Below are positions 42,296 through 52,175 of a stretch of 64,000 nucleotides of DNA, piece after piece. Source of the stretch: an uncultured delta proteobacterium (GTDB taxonomy: Bacteria; Myxococcota; B64-G9). Numbering within the stretch: position 1 is the stretch's first letter; each line of letters begins with the position of its first letter. Both the position numbers and the translations under genes were made by a program. The notes below the pieces were generated by a model, which did not search any database, was not told where the DNA came from, and saw only the letters and a program-made list of their open reading frames with translations. The stretch is taken from contig CAVWHX010000003.1 in assembly GCA_963754925.1 (NCBI GenBank), forward strand, positions 64,001 through 128,000, given 5' to 3'.

Positions 42296-43470
42296 CAGCC
42301 GCCTTCCTTTTCGGCGTCAAAAACAAATTGTTTAAGAAAGAGGGGAGAACCGAAAGCGGATTTGAGAACCGTGACATCCCGAAGTCGCTTCTCCATGCCG
42401 AAATCCTCCATGTAACCGTAACCGCCGAACACCTGCAGACAGTCGGTAACCGCACGGGCGCAGAGCTCGGTAACCGCCAATTTTGCCGCCGCCGGTTTCA
42501 GAAGCTGCCGCGGGGTTGTAAAATTACATTCCTTGAGGGAGAAAACCATCGCCTCGGCGGTTTCGATGGCTGCCTCGGATCCCGCGATGAGCATCTTGAC
42601 CGCCGGATGTTCTTCGATCTGAGATCCCCCCTGGTAGCGCTCAGCAGCATACGCACGGGCTGCTGCGGCGGCGCCTTTCGCGATGCCGACGGCTATGGCC
42701 GACATCCCCGCCCAGTTCAGGCCCAAAGCACGAAGAACAAGTCCGCGGGCGTCTCCATCGTCCAGACGCGCATCGCGAGGAACGCGTACTTTCTTAAACT
42801 CAACGTGTTCCAACCGGCAGGCTCGAAGGCCGGTTCGCGCACCGACGTCCGTCCTCGCAATTCCGCTTCCATCCTCTGGTATCAGGAAACAGCCCCATCG
42901 TTCGCCTGCGCGCGCAAGCACCACATATGCTTCAATTCCGTTCATCGAGTACACAAAGGATTTAGTACCGTCGATGACATACGTGTCTCCTTCGTCAATT
43001 GCCGTGGTCATGATCCGCGCCGGAGCATCCTTCCCGGGAGCAACAATCGTGGCAAGAGAAGGCGGCCCAATCCCCTCCTGCAAACAAAGGCCAACCCGCA
43101 CCGGAGCACGCAGTTTCTTGTCCTTTGTTTGGAGCACCAGGTTTGACGCCACCCCTTGGGCGTGCAAACACATGGCGACTCCGCCGCAGGTTTCGGCGAT
43201 AGTCGACAGCAGCAGCAGAGACGGGGTCAATCCCTGGTCATCGATGGCGCTGCCCCAGATGCCGTAGGTGCGTCCGGACATCGACAACTCAGGAGAAGCA
43301 GCGATGCCGGTGCTGAAGGCGATATCGAGTTTTTCCGGTAAAAGATTTAAGTTGCCGTCGGGCTCCCCGCCAAACAGGGGTAGGAGCGATTTTTTTGAAT
43401 ACTGGCGAGCCAACTCTCGGTAGTGAAGCAGGTCTTCCGCGCTTATTCCTGGCGTAAGCTCCTTTTCCAT
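42295..43470 (-). CDS. Acyl-CoA dehydrogenase-family subunit lacking the canonical C-terminal Glu
   Basis: IDGTKSFV, RTGLRA and QVFGGYGYMEDFGMEKRLRD, but KSAFGSP in place of IYEGT. 1-bp overlap with the next ACAD. Start uncertain (43470 or 43521). Confidence 0.85.
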   Translation of the reverse strand: MEKELTPGISAEDLLHYRELARQYSKKSLLPLFGGEPDGNLNLLPEKLDIAFSTGIAASPELSMSGRTYGIWGSAIDDQGLTPSLLLLSTIAETCGGVAMCLHAQGVASNLVLQTKDKKLRAPVRVGLCLQEGIGPPSLATIVAPGKDAPARIMTTAIDEGDTYVIDGTKSFVYSMNGIEAYVVLARAGERWGCFLIPEDGSGIARTDVGARTGLRACRLEHVEFKKVRVPRDARLDDGDARGLVLRALGLNWAGMSAIAVGIAKGAAAAARAYAAERYQGGSQIEEHPAVKMLIAGSEAAIETAEAMVFSLKECNFTTPRQLLKPAAAKLAVTELCARAVTDCLQVFGGYGYMEDFGMEKRLRDVTVLKSAFGSPLFLKQFVFDAEKEGG

Positions 43471-43540
43471 GTTCTGCCCTTTTGTTTTATATGTATCTGG
43501 AGTTCTCCGGTAATAACTCAACCTCCGTATAGTTTCTATC

Positions 43541-43725
43541 TCATCTCGAACGTTCAGTCCAGCGGCCTGCCGAACAGGTTCCGAAACCGGTATCCACCAG
43601 AATCAACCGTCCCCCGTATTCGATGAGCAAGCAGAGGCAGCGGCTCCGATCGAGTTGCGGTGCGAAGAGCCCCGCCATCCGGGGATACATGGTGCCGCAA
43701 TTGAGATAACTCCTCGGGACGTCAT
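43541..43725 (-). pseudogene. N-terminal remnant of an MBL-fold metallo-hydrolase
   Basis: Manual translation YLNCGTMYP...CLCLLIEYGGRLILVDTGFG, then stop before any HxHxDH motif. Confidence 0.7.
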
Positions 43726-43837
43726 CTTATTTTCCCAATCCGAGCCCTTAGGAACAATCGACAGGAAGCCCGGATAAGATTCATCGTTTTTTGCCCTTAG
43801 ATTGTTAATGTCGCTTTTCAGCGCGTTCTTTTAACGC

Positions 43838-43934
43838 TCCATTCATGGTACCTGCCCAGATCGGTGAGCGCATTCCAGACCGGCCCCGCCGGCGTGTTAA
43901 TTTCAATCATGGTATGAATCGTGAAATTGAACAT
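43838..43934 (-). pseudogene. N-terminal remnant of an SRPBCC (START/polyketide cyclase) protein
   Basis: ATG at 43934 behind AGAAGGA; MFNFTIHTMIEINTPAGPVWNALTDLGRYHEW, then similarity ends and a stop follows. Confidence 0.7.
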
Positions 43935-44103
43935 GACTCTTTATCCTTCTATTTGCGATTCGCTGTTGGCGTACCGCATAAATATGAAATTAGTTTCATA
44001 TTGTCAAGCGGAAAATGGTGTGCCGTTACCTGTTAGCGCCGGTGAGTTGAAAATATTCGGAATACGTTTCGCTTGTCTAAGAAAAAATGGAGAGTAGTGG
44101 AAG

Positions 44104-44349
44104 TTATGTCCGCTTGAAGAGGCGCAAGACAAAAATGAGCACGACTGCGCCGACGGTCGCGACAATCAGCGAACCGAGCAGACCTCCGCCTATCGACACC
44201 CCAAGCTGTCTAAAGAGAAATCCGCCAAGCAAGGCACCTATTATGCCCACGACGATGTTGCCGATAACGCCAAAACCCCCGCCACTTACCAACTTTCCCG
44301 CTAGCCACCCTGCAACCAATCCAATCAAGATAAACCAAATAAAATCCAT
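44104..44349 (-). CDS. GlsB/YeaQ/YmgE (transglycosylase-associated) small membrane protein
   Basis: IGLVAGWLAG...GVIGNIVVGIIGALLGG...ATVGAVVL; RBS AGGAGG. Confidence 0.93.
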   Translation of the reverse strand: MDFIWFILIGLVAGWLAGKLVSGGGFGVIGNIVVGIIGALLGGFLFRQLGVSIGGGLLGSLIVATVGAVVLIFVLRLFKRT

Positions 44350-44411
44350 AATTAGCTCCTCCTATAAAAGACTCATCACACGATCCTAATTCAGGGGATC
44401 AAACTCTAAAC

Positions 44412-44442
44412 TCAAGTTAGAGCTGTTTTTGGGCTTGTCAAT
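44412..44442 (-). promoter_or_regulatory. Putative promoter, near-copy of 37937-37967
   Basis: Minus-strand TTGACA-16-TAACTT; palindrome CTCTAA-N7-TTAGAG at 44404-44422. Confidence 0.6.
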
Positions 44443-44545
44443 AGGATTATTTTCCTTTCCAATGTCCTATTGACTACTTGTTCTCTATTCTTATATTAAA
44501 AAATAATTTCGCGGTAGTTGGACTCACTTCATAGAAAGGTCAACC

Positions 44546-45610
44546 ATGAGTCAAAAACTATTAATACCCATAATAACTACGTTGCGGAGTGGTACATTAT
44601 TCTCTTTTACGATTCTTATCGGCGTCGTAACCGGGTGTGGAGGATCGAGCGGTCCGACGGTCACCCAGAGAAGCGACGCAGCGCAGAAAACGGTCGCCAA
44701 CAACTCCAATTGCACCACCCTTGGCGACTTTTACTGGGAGGTTGGCGACAAGAACGGCTCGCTGGTCTCTGGAGCGGTCGGGACGACCTATAGCTCCACC
44801 ACGGAAATGGATATCGCTTCGGCTTCGAAACTCATCTTCGGCGCCTATGTGGTTGAGAGCTTTAAGAGTAACCTGTCGAAAGCCGATGCACAAGCTATGC
44901 GCATGGGGAGCGGCTACGTGAGCCTGCAATACGAGGCGTGCGTGGATTCTGCAACTGTATATGATTGTTACAGTGCTCCGCACGTAGCACCAAACCTTCT
45001 AAACAAGAACAACTCCGACCTCACTCAATCCGACGTGGGCCAGTTCTATTACAACGGAGGTCATTTCCAGAGATATGCGGCTGCTGCAACAACTGACAAC
45101 CCGCCCGGCCTCGGTCTCGGCTCTCTCGATAACGCCGGCCTCGCAGGCGAAATGGAAAAGCTGCTGGGCCAGGAGCTGACCATAGCTTACAGCTCGCCGC
45201 AACTTGCCGGAGGCGCTCATATGAGCGCCGCCGACTATGCTCAGTTCCTTCGGAATATCCTTTCAGGCGGGCTCGCCATACGAGATCACCTGGGCGAAGA
45301 CCCTGTATGCACTAATCCCAGCACCTGCTCGACCGCCATCTACAGCCCGGCTGAGCCCTACTCTTGGCACTACTCCTGGGGCCATTGGATCGAGGATGAC
45401 CCATCGAACGGCGACGATGGGGCATTCAGCAGTCCGGGCGCCTTCGGATTCTATCCTTGGATAGATGCCTCAAAGAAATACTATGGGATATTGGCCCGCA
45501 AAGTAGGATCCATCGACATTTCTCAAGGCGTTACCGTCCAAGCCTACAAGGCATCGGTTTTGTGCGGCCGGCTCATCCGAGCGGCATTTCTAACCGGTGT
45601 TGAGCAATAA
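44546..45610 (+). CDS. Lipoprotein of the beta-lactamase/serine-hydrolase fold
   Basis: Lipobox VVTGC; SxxK (IASASK), YxN-like FYYN, and SSPGAFGFYPWID. Confidence 0.65.
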   Translation: MSQKLLIPIITTLRSGTLFSFTILIGVVTGCGGSSGPTVTQRSDAAQKTVANNSNCTTLGDFYWEVGDKNGSLVSGAVGTTYSSTTEMDIASASKLIFGAYVVESFKSNLSKADAQAMRMGSGYVSLQYEACVDSATVYDCYSAPHVAPNLLNKNNSDLTQSDVGQFYYNGGHFQRYAAAATTDNPPGLGLGSLDNAGLAGEMEKLLGQELTIAYSSPQLAGGAHMSAADYAQFLRNILSGGLAIRDHLGEDPVCTNPSTCSTAIYSPAEPYSWHYSWGHWIEDDPSNGDDGAFSSPGAFGFYPWIDASKKYYGILARKVGSIDISQGVTVQAYKASVLCGRLIRAAFLTGVEQ

Positions 45611-45668
45611 ACCGTCTTCTAAGAATCCAACCGCATTAATGCTGTCATCCGATCCCATTTCATAGCTG

Positions 45669-47199
45669 TTAATGCGGGCGAAGTTCCACGTTACCTCCTG
45701 GTTTTTTCATCAACAGGAGCAGAGGCAAAACAAATATCATCAATAATGAGAGGATGAAAAAGACGTCGTTAAACGAAAGCATCGACGCTTGCCTGAGAAG
45801 TTCTTGGTAGATCACCCCCGTGCTTCCCGAACCCGGCGTCGGGGCTGTAAAACCCCTTCCCCTCAGCGCCGAATCTATCTGCGGAAGGGCGTGCTGAAAG
45901 TTACTGTCGAAAGGGGTAAGGTGTTCGATCAATCGGAATTGATGAAATTGAGCCCGCCGGGCAAGTAACGTGGCCGAAAACGCTACGCCGATGCTCCCCC
46001 CCCAGATTTCTTAAGAGGTTGAACACGGCCGTGCCGTTTGCCATTTGCTCCTTGCGTATTCCCGACATGGTCATGGTGGTGAGAGGCACAAAAAGGAAAC
46101 CGGTGCCAAACCCCAAAACCACTCGCGGCCAAATGATCGATGAAAGGCTGGCATCCAGATTGAAAAGCGACATGAGATGGACCGAATACGCCGCTATGAT
46201 AATGCCGAAAGCAAGAATGAACTTAGGATTGATCCTATTGATAAGCTGCCCGGCGATAAGAAGGGAAACCATGGAAGCAAGACCGCCGGGCCCCAGGACA
46301 AACCCCGCCAGGTACGCCGTGTATCCCATCAACGTCTCAAGGTAGATCGGCAGCAACACAATGCTCCCGAAAAGAGTGAAGAAATTAAAAAACATTATCA
46401 AATTTCCGGAAGCGAACGAAAGCGTTTTGAATATCCGCAAATCGATGATGGGATGCTCGCTATAGAGTTCAACCAAAATAAAAAGGAGCAGGGCGGATAG
46501 GGAGATAAAACTCATACCGACAATAAAATAAGAGGAGAACCAGTCCTCCCGTTGGCCCTTATCCAGAACCAATTGCAAACATCCAATGCCCGCGGTCAAC
46601 AGAAAAAGCCCCCAGTAATCGATTTTCATCCTTGCCCGTTCCATGTAGGGAGGATTGACGATGAACAACGAGACCATCAGAATCGAAATAATCCCGATCG
46701 GGACATTGACCAGGAATATCCAGTGCCATGTCCAGTTGTCGGTAATCCAGCCTCCCAAGAGCGGCCCGATGATGGGGCCGAACATGATGCCTATCCCGAA
46801 GAGCGCCATAGCCGTTCCGTGCTGTCGAGGAGGAAAGCTTTCAAGCAAAATCGCCTGGGAAAGAGGCTGAAGGGCCCCTCCCCCGATCCCCTGGAGCACC
46901 CTGAAAAAAACCAAACTGGTAAGACTCCAGGCGGAGCCGCACATAAACGAGCTCGCGGTGAACAGAGCCAGGGATAGCATCAGGTAGGTTTTCCTGCCAA
47001 AAAGCCTACTCAGCCACGCGCTGATGGGAATGATGATGGCGTTGGATACCAGATACGACGTGATAATCCATGTGGACTCGTCAATTCCTGACGACAGACT
47101 GCCGCGGATATTGTCGAGAGAGACATTGACCACCGAGGTATCGATGATCTCGATGAGCGTCGGAAACATAACCGTGAGGGCGACGATCCATTTATTCAT
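45669..47199 (-). CDS. emrB: DHA2 (EmrB/QacA) MFS efflux permease (one extra base in the C8 run 45996-46003)
   Basis: IIDTSVVNVSL, RVLQGIGGG, GPIIGPLLGGW, LDKGQREDWF and RNLGG; the C-terminus continues in ORF 45669-45932. Confidence 0.88.
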
Positions 47200-48298
47200 G
47201 AGAAGTAGTGATAGTGGGGGTGACCGACATGCCGATCCGCAACTGGTGTTGGGAGTCTTCCCCGGGGTCGAGTAATATTCTTACCGGTATTCGCTGGACC
47301 ACTTTCACATAATTTCCGGTGGCGTTCTCGGAAGGAAAGAGAGAGAAGACCGCTCCCGTTCCCGCCATAATGCTGTCCACCCTGCCGTGAAATACCTTTC
47401 CCGGATAGGTATCGACATCGATCTCGACCTTCTGGCCTGGTTTGACATCGGTTAAATCGGTTTCCTTGTAATTGGCGGTGATCCAGAGGTCTTCCTGATT
47501 AAGGGGAACGACCGCCATGAGGGGTTGGGCGGGTTGAATCTGATTCCCCACTTCCACCGTTCGTTTCGTGACGTACCCGTCTGCGGGAGCGACAATTTTG
47601 GTATAACTCAGATTCAATTGCGCTTGGCGGAGGGCCTCTTCCTTTTCCTTGATCAGCGCTTCTTGCATAGGAATACCGGCTTCGGTTTCCTTGATGAGCG
47701 CCTTCTGCGTCTCCACCGAAGCAACGGTCTGTCGAACCTGATCCGCCGAAGCTTTCGCCTGGAGCGAAGAGACCTCATACGTCGTTTTCGCTTGGTCATA
47801 CTGTTGCTGAGGGATGACGCTTTCTTTCAAGAGCGCCTCCGCTCTCTTGAAGTTCGTATCGGCCAGACTAAGATTGGCTTCTTGGGCCTCCCGATTTGAA
47901 CGGGACGCTTCCTTGGAAGCGATTATTTGAGAAAGCTGCGTCGTTACCGTCGTGACTTTTTTAATGAGCTGAACGAGTGCGGCCTGTTCGTTTTCGAGAT
48001 CGGCTTGCGCCTCCTTCAGTTTAACCTCGTAATCCGCCGGATCGATATCAAGAAGTAGGTCGCCAGCTTTAACGAACTGGTTGTCTTGAACATAAACAGT
48101 CCGTACCGTTCCTGAAACCTTGGATGCAATCGTATGAATCCGGCCGTCGACATAGGCATCATCCGTTGAAATATGACTTTTTTTATATTGAAGATATAGA
48201 TAAATCGCCAACGCGCCGACTACGATGATGGTCGGAAAGATAACGAAAACCAGTATAGTCTTTCTTCTTCGATTTTGATTCGCATCCTTTTCAGCCAT
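47192..48298 (-). CDS. emrA: EmrA/HlyD-family membrane fusion protein
   Basis: STDDAYV, WITANYKET and ENATGNYVKVVQRIPVRI. Confidence 0.9.
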   Translation of the reverse strand: MAEKDANQNRRRKTILVFVIFPTIIVVGALAIYLYLQYKKSHISTDDAYVDGRIHTIASKVSGTVRTVYVQDNQFVKAGDLLLDIDPADYEVKLKEAQADLENEQAALVQLIKKVTTVTTQLSQIIASKEASRSNREAQEANLSLADTNFKRAEALLKESVIPQQQYDQAKTTYEVSSLQAKASADQVRQTVASVETQKALIKETEAGIPMQEALIKEKEEALRQAQLNLSYTKIVAPADGYVTKRTVEVGNQIQPAQPLMAVVPLNQEDLWITANYKETDLTDVKPGQKVEIDVDTYPGKVFHGRVDSIMAGTGAVFSLFPSENATGNYVKVVQRIPVRILLDPGEDSQHQLRIGMSVTPTITTSHE

Positions 48299-48533
48299 TT
48301 TTTATGATCTCACGATTCAAACCATAGGGAATGAGCTTTTCGGAAACAGCCAATACGTATCTTCATGAAATTAAATCTGATTTTACGTTTGTCAATAAGG
48401 GCCCCAGAAACAGGCCGTCATTGCAATTCGTGACGTATCTACTCTATTATGGGTTGGGTCGATGGGTCGTTACCTAGACCCAACTTCGTTCGAATAGTTG
48501 CCTTCCGTCACGCTTCAAATACACTGCTTTGTG

Positions 48534-49769
48534 ATGAATCCCTGGCGCTATGTCCCAAGCCTCTACTTCGCCGAGGGTCTTCCCTATACCCTCGTCAACA
48601 AGGTATCAATCACCTTGCTCAAAGGGCTCGGGGCGGGAAACGAACTCATAAGCCTAACCAGCTTTCTCCAATTGCCCTGGGTACTCAAATTGTTATGGGC
48701 ACCGATGATTGAGCGCTTCGGCACCAAGCGTCGTTGGATTCTCCTAACGCAATCGTGCCTGGCTGCCCTATTCTGCCTTCTGGCGCTTGGGTTGGTGACG
48801 CCGGAGCCCGTGGCGCTCACGCTCATAATGTTTGTCGTGATCGCTTTTGCATCAGCCACCCATGACATCGCCGTCGACGGATACTACCTCGAAGCGCTCG
48901 ATCTCAAAGAACAGGCTTTGTTTGTCGGCATCCGCTCTGCGGCCTACCGCGTGGCATTTTTGGCCGGTTCCGGGGGTCTGGTCTTTTTAGCCGGCTTTCT
49001 GAATCAAACCGGTTTCACGCTTCAATCCGGCTTTTCGATTTCGTGTTTGGTATGCGCAGCCGTGTTTGCCGTGTTAATGTTGTACCATTTGGCGCAATTG
49101 CCGGCCACTTCGCGCACCATCCTTGATCCTGTTCCTCAACGACGATTTTCCCACGAGTTTGTTGAAGCGTTCAGGTCATATCTGCGCCAGGACCGCATCG
49201 TCTGGATCCTGGCTTTTGTCGTGTTATTTCGCTTGGGGGACGCTCTACTACTCAAGATGACGCAGCCCTTTTTGTTGGATCCGCCGGAGGCGGGCGGCCT
49301 GGGGCTCAGCACGGCAACCATAGGCTTAATCGACGGAACGCTCGGGACCGTGTGTTTGCTAACCGGAGGAATCATCGGGGGGGTGCTGGTTGCCCGCGAT
49401 GGGCTGCGGCGCTGGATGTGGCCTATGGCTCTCGCCCAGAATCTTTCCCTTTTGCTCTATTGGTTACTCGCGCTCGAACGACCCGGAATCATTGCCGTGA
49501 CGTTGGTGAATGCGGCAGAGCAGTTCGGCTACGGGCTCGGCGGGGCGGTCTATACCGTCTTTCTCATGCGCACCGTCAAACCAGAGTTCAAAGCCGCTCA
49601 TTTCGCCATCGCCACGAGCTTCATGGCGCTCGGGATGATGCTTCCGGGCGCGGTCTCCGGGTACCTCCAGGCGGCGCTTGGTTACACTGATTTCTTTTTA
49701 TTGAGCTTCTTCCTGGCGTTACCCGGTCTGCTGCTTCTTTTCATGGTGCCCTTTCGCGAAACGACCTAA
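48534..49769 (+). CDS. AmpG-like MFS permease
   Basis: LYFAEGLP, LPWVLK.LWAP, FASATHDIA.DG and AAHFAIAT. Confidence 0.85.
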   Translation: MNPWRYVPSLYFAEGLPYTLVNKVSITLLKGLGAGNELISLTSFLQLPWVLKLLWAPMIERFGTKRRWILLTQSCLAALFCLLALGLVTPEPVALTLIMFVVIAFASATHDIAVDGYYLEALDLKEQALFVGIRSAAYRVAFLAGSGGLVFLAGFLNQTGFTLQSGFSISCLVCAAVFAVLMLYHLAQLPATSRTILDPVPQRRFSHEFVEAFRSYLRQDRIVWILAFVVLFRLGDALLLKMTQPFLLDPPEAGGLGLSTATIGLIDGTLGTVCLLTGGIIGGVLVARDGLRRWMWPMALAQNLSLLLYWLLALERPGIIAVTLVNAAEQFGYGLGGAVYTVFLMRTVKPEFKAAHFAIATSFMALGMMLPGAVSGYLQAALGYTDFFLLSFFLALPGLLLLFMVPFRETT

Positions 49770-49920
49770 GCCGCCTCGTAGCTAACGCCCATCAGTTTTT
49801 CCTGTTGAAGAAAAAGTGCATTTGGTGGTAAGCATGGCTTTAGATGGTGGTTTGCCAATGGTGATATCCAACCTACATTGTTGAGAAGCTGACGATCTGG
49901 GCTCAAGGGGGAGGGCAATC

Positions 49921-51078
49921 GTGGACAAGCCAATAGCGGTTCGCATACTTTTCATGAGGGATTCCGCCAAGGAGACCCAGCGGATTGTTGACGAGCTCCG
50001 CCGGGGTCATTTTGATCCTGCCTACAGCTTGGTGGACACCATTCCTGCCGCGCAAAGCGCTCTCGATGCCGGCCGATGGGATCTCGTGATCGCCGACTTT
50101 TCCCTCGAGCACGGTGCCGGTCTCGATGTCTTGGCATGTATACAAAAGCAAGGGATCGATCTTCCGTTTATGGTGATCACGAAATCAGCTGATGAAAAGC
50201 GCGCCTACCAAGCGCTCAAAGCGGGCGCTTTAGAGTTCCTGACCTTCGATCAACTCAGCCGCCTCAACCCGATCGTTGAGCGTGAGTTGAGCCAGGCAGC
50301 CATCCGTCGACAGTGGCGTCGGACGGAACAGGTCACGCTGCCCCGTGAGGAGACCGAGCACCTTGCCATTGATAGGACCGCTGATACGGATGGGGCAACG
50401 AATTTGAAGCAATTGATTGGCGGCATCGCGCATGACTTCAACAACCAATTAGCAGTAATCTTATCGGCCGCTGCATTTGTTCTCGAAAGCGTAGAGCGCT
50501 CTAACCCCCTGCGCCAAGAAATCGAGCAGATCCTCAAGGCAGGCCGGCAAGCCAATGTTCTGAACCAACAATTATTGCTGCTCGGACGGTCGGAAGACAA
50601 CAGCTCGCAGGGGCGCCGGTTCGACGAGCTGCACGCGGCAACCGTCAGCTCCTATCAAAAAAATTGCATCCTGGTGGTCGAGGATGACGAAAGTGTCCGT
50701 AAACTGGTCTGCCGGATTCTCCTGGCGAACGGGTACGAGGTCCTCTCGGCCCAAAACAGCAACGAGGCGCTCGCCATTTGCCAGCGCACCGACAAACCCA
50801 TCAACCTGCTGCTGACCGACGTGATTATGCCGGGGTTGTCTGGCAAGGTTCTCGCCGATCAGCTTATGCAGAATTACCCAGGCATCAAAGTACTGTTCAT
50901 GTCCGGTTATACCGACGAGGCAATCAGCTGGCAGAACAGCATGGCGCCGAACACGAGCTTCATTCGAAAACCGTTCGGCAACTTCGAGCTCCTCAGTTGC
51001 GTGCGCGAGGTTCTTGAAGAGGACGCCTTAGGTTCGCAGCCCCCAAGCGCAACAGACACGAATAAGACTACACATTGA
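49921..51078 (+). CDS. REC-HisKA-REC signalling protein lacking the HATPase domain
   Basis: N-terminal degenerate receiver (DLVIADF), H-box GGIAHDFNN, about 30 aa linker, then C-terminal receiver VVEDD...LLTDVIMPG...MSGY...RKPF. No N/G1/F/G2 boxes. Confidence 0.8.
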   Translation: MDKPIAVRILFMRDSAKETQRIVDELRRGHFDPAYSLVDTIPAAQSALDAGRWDLVIADFSLEHGAGLDVLACIQKQGIDLPFMVITKSADEKRAYQALKAGALEFLTFDQLSRLNPIVERELSQAAIRRQWRRTEQVTLPREETEHLAIDRTADTDGATNLKQLIGGIAHDFNNQLAVILSAAAFVLESVERSNPLRQEIEQILKAGRQANVLNQQLLLLGRSEDNSSQGRRFDELHAATVSSYQKNCILVVEDDESVRKLVCRILLANGYEVLSAQNSNEALAICQRTDKPINLLLTDVIMPGLSGKVLADQLMQNYPGIKVLFMSGYTDEAISWQNSMAPNTSFIRKPFGNFELLSCVREVLEEDALGSQPPSATDTNKTTH

Positions 51079-52165
51079 ATCGAAAGCGGATGACGTCTCC
51101 GTCCTGAACCACGTAGTCCCGTCCCTCGAGGCGGATGAGGCCTTTTTCGCGGAGGGTCTGCTCAGAACCAAATTTAATGAGATCTTCAGAACGGAACACC
51201 TCGGCCCGAATAAATCCACGTTCGAAATCCGTGTGTATTTTCGAAGCCGCCTTAATGGCCGTGGCGCCGCGCCGGACCGTCCAGGCGCGCACCTCAACGC
51301 CGACCGTCGTAAAAAACGTAATCAGCGATAACAGTTGGTAGCCGGCGCGAATGAAACTGTCCAACCCGCGTTCACATAAACCAATCTCGTTGAGATAGGC
51401 TTGCTGATCGGCCGGAGGAAGATCAAACAACTCGGCTTCGGTGCGGGCGCTGATCTCAACATATGGCGCGTTCCGCCGTGCCGCCAGGTCGCGCAGGCTG
51501 ACCAGGGCCGGGTCGTCGCGGCGGCCGATTTGGTTATCCGCTATATTGGCCACAAAGAGCGTCGGTTTAGCGGTTAAGAGTGGCGTGCTATCAAGGTGAG
51601 CACGCGCTTCGTCGTTCAAGTTCTGGCTCGACGCGAGCTTCCCGTTAGCCAAAGCCTTTTCTATCGGCTCGAGAATTTCGATTTCAGCTTGGGCGTGTTT
51701 GTCGCCTGCCATAGCCACCTTGCGTTGTTTGGCCAGCCGCCGACTGACCAGATCCAGGTCGCGGAGGATGAGTTCGGTCTCGACCACTTCGACGTCCCGA
51801 CGCGGATCCGTCTGGCCGTAAACATGGACAACCTTGTCATCGTCAAAGCAACGCACCACATGCGCTAGTGCATCGACTTCTTGAATATGAGCAAGAAATT
51901 GATTGCCTAACCCCTCGCCCTGGGACGCGCCTTTAACTAACCCGGCGATATCGACGAACTCAAGTATGGTCGGTGTTATCTTTTCGGGCTCAAACAACCG
52001 AGCGACGCGGTCGAGCCGGGGATCGGGAACCGCTACTGCGCCGCGATTTGGCTCAACGGTGCAAAACGGATAGTTCTCGGCGGGCACCGCTGCCTTGGTC
52101 AGGGCATTGAACAAGGTCGACTTGCCGACGTTGGGCAATCCCACAATACCGCAGCAAAAGCCCAT
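51068..52165 (-). CDS. ychF: Redox-regulated Obg-like ATPase YchF
   Basis: GIVGLPNVGKSTLFN, NYPFCT, DIAGLVKGAS.GEGLGN and IHTDFERGFIRAE. Confidence 0.97.
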   Translation of the reverse strand: MGFCCGIVGLPNVGKSTLFNALTKAAVPAENYPFCTVEPNRGAVAVPDPRLDRVARLFEPEKITPTILEFVDIAGLVKGASQGEGLGNQFLAHIQEVDALAHVVRCFDDDKVVHVYGQTDPRRDVEVVETELILRDLDLVSRRLAKQRKVAMAGDKHAQAEIEILEPIEKALANGKLASSQNLNDEARAHLDSTPLLTAKPTLFVANIADNQIGRRDDPALVSLRDLAARRNAPYVEISARTEAELFDLPPADQQAYLNEIGLCERGLDSFIRAGYQLLSLITFFTTVGVEVRAWTVRRGATAIKAASKIHTDFERGFIRAEVFRSEDLIKFGSEQTLREKGLIRLEGRDYVVQDGDVIRFRFNV

Positions 52166-52175
52166 GGGTGGCCCG

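Noticed and set aside
45996..46003. C8 tract in emrB as a phase-variation switch or programmed frameshift
   Set aside because: One of many homopolymer indels across unrelated genes, including gltX; sequencing error is more parsimonious.
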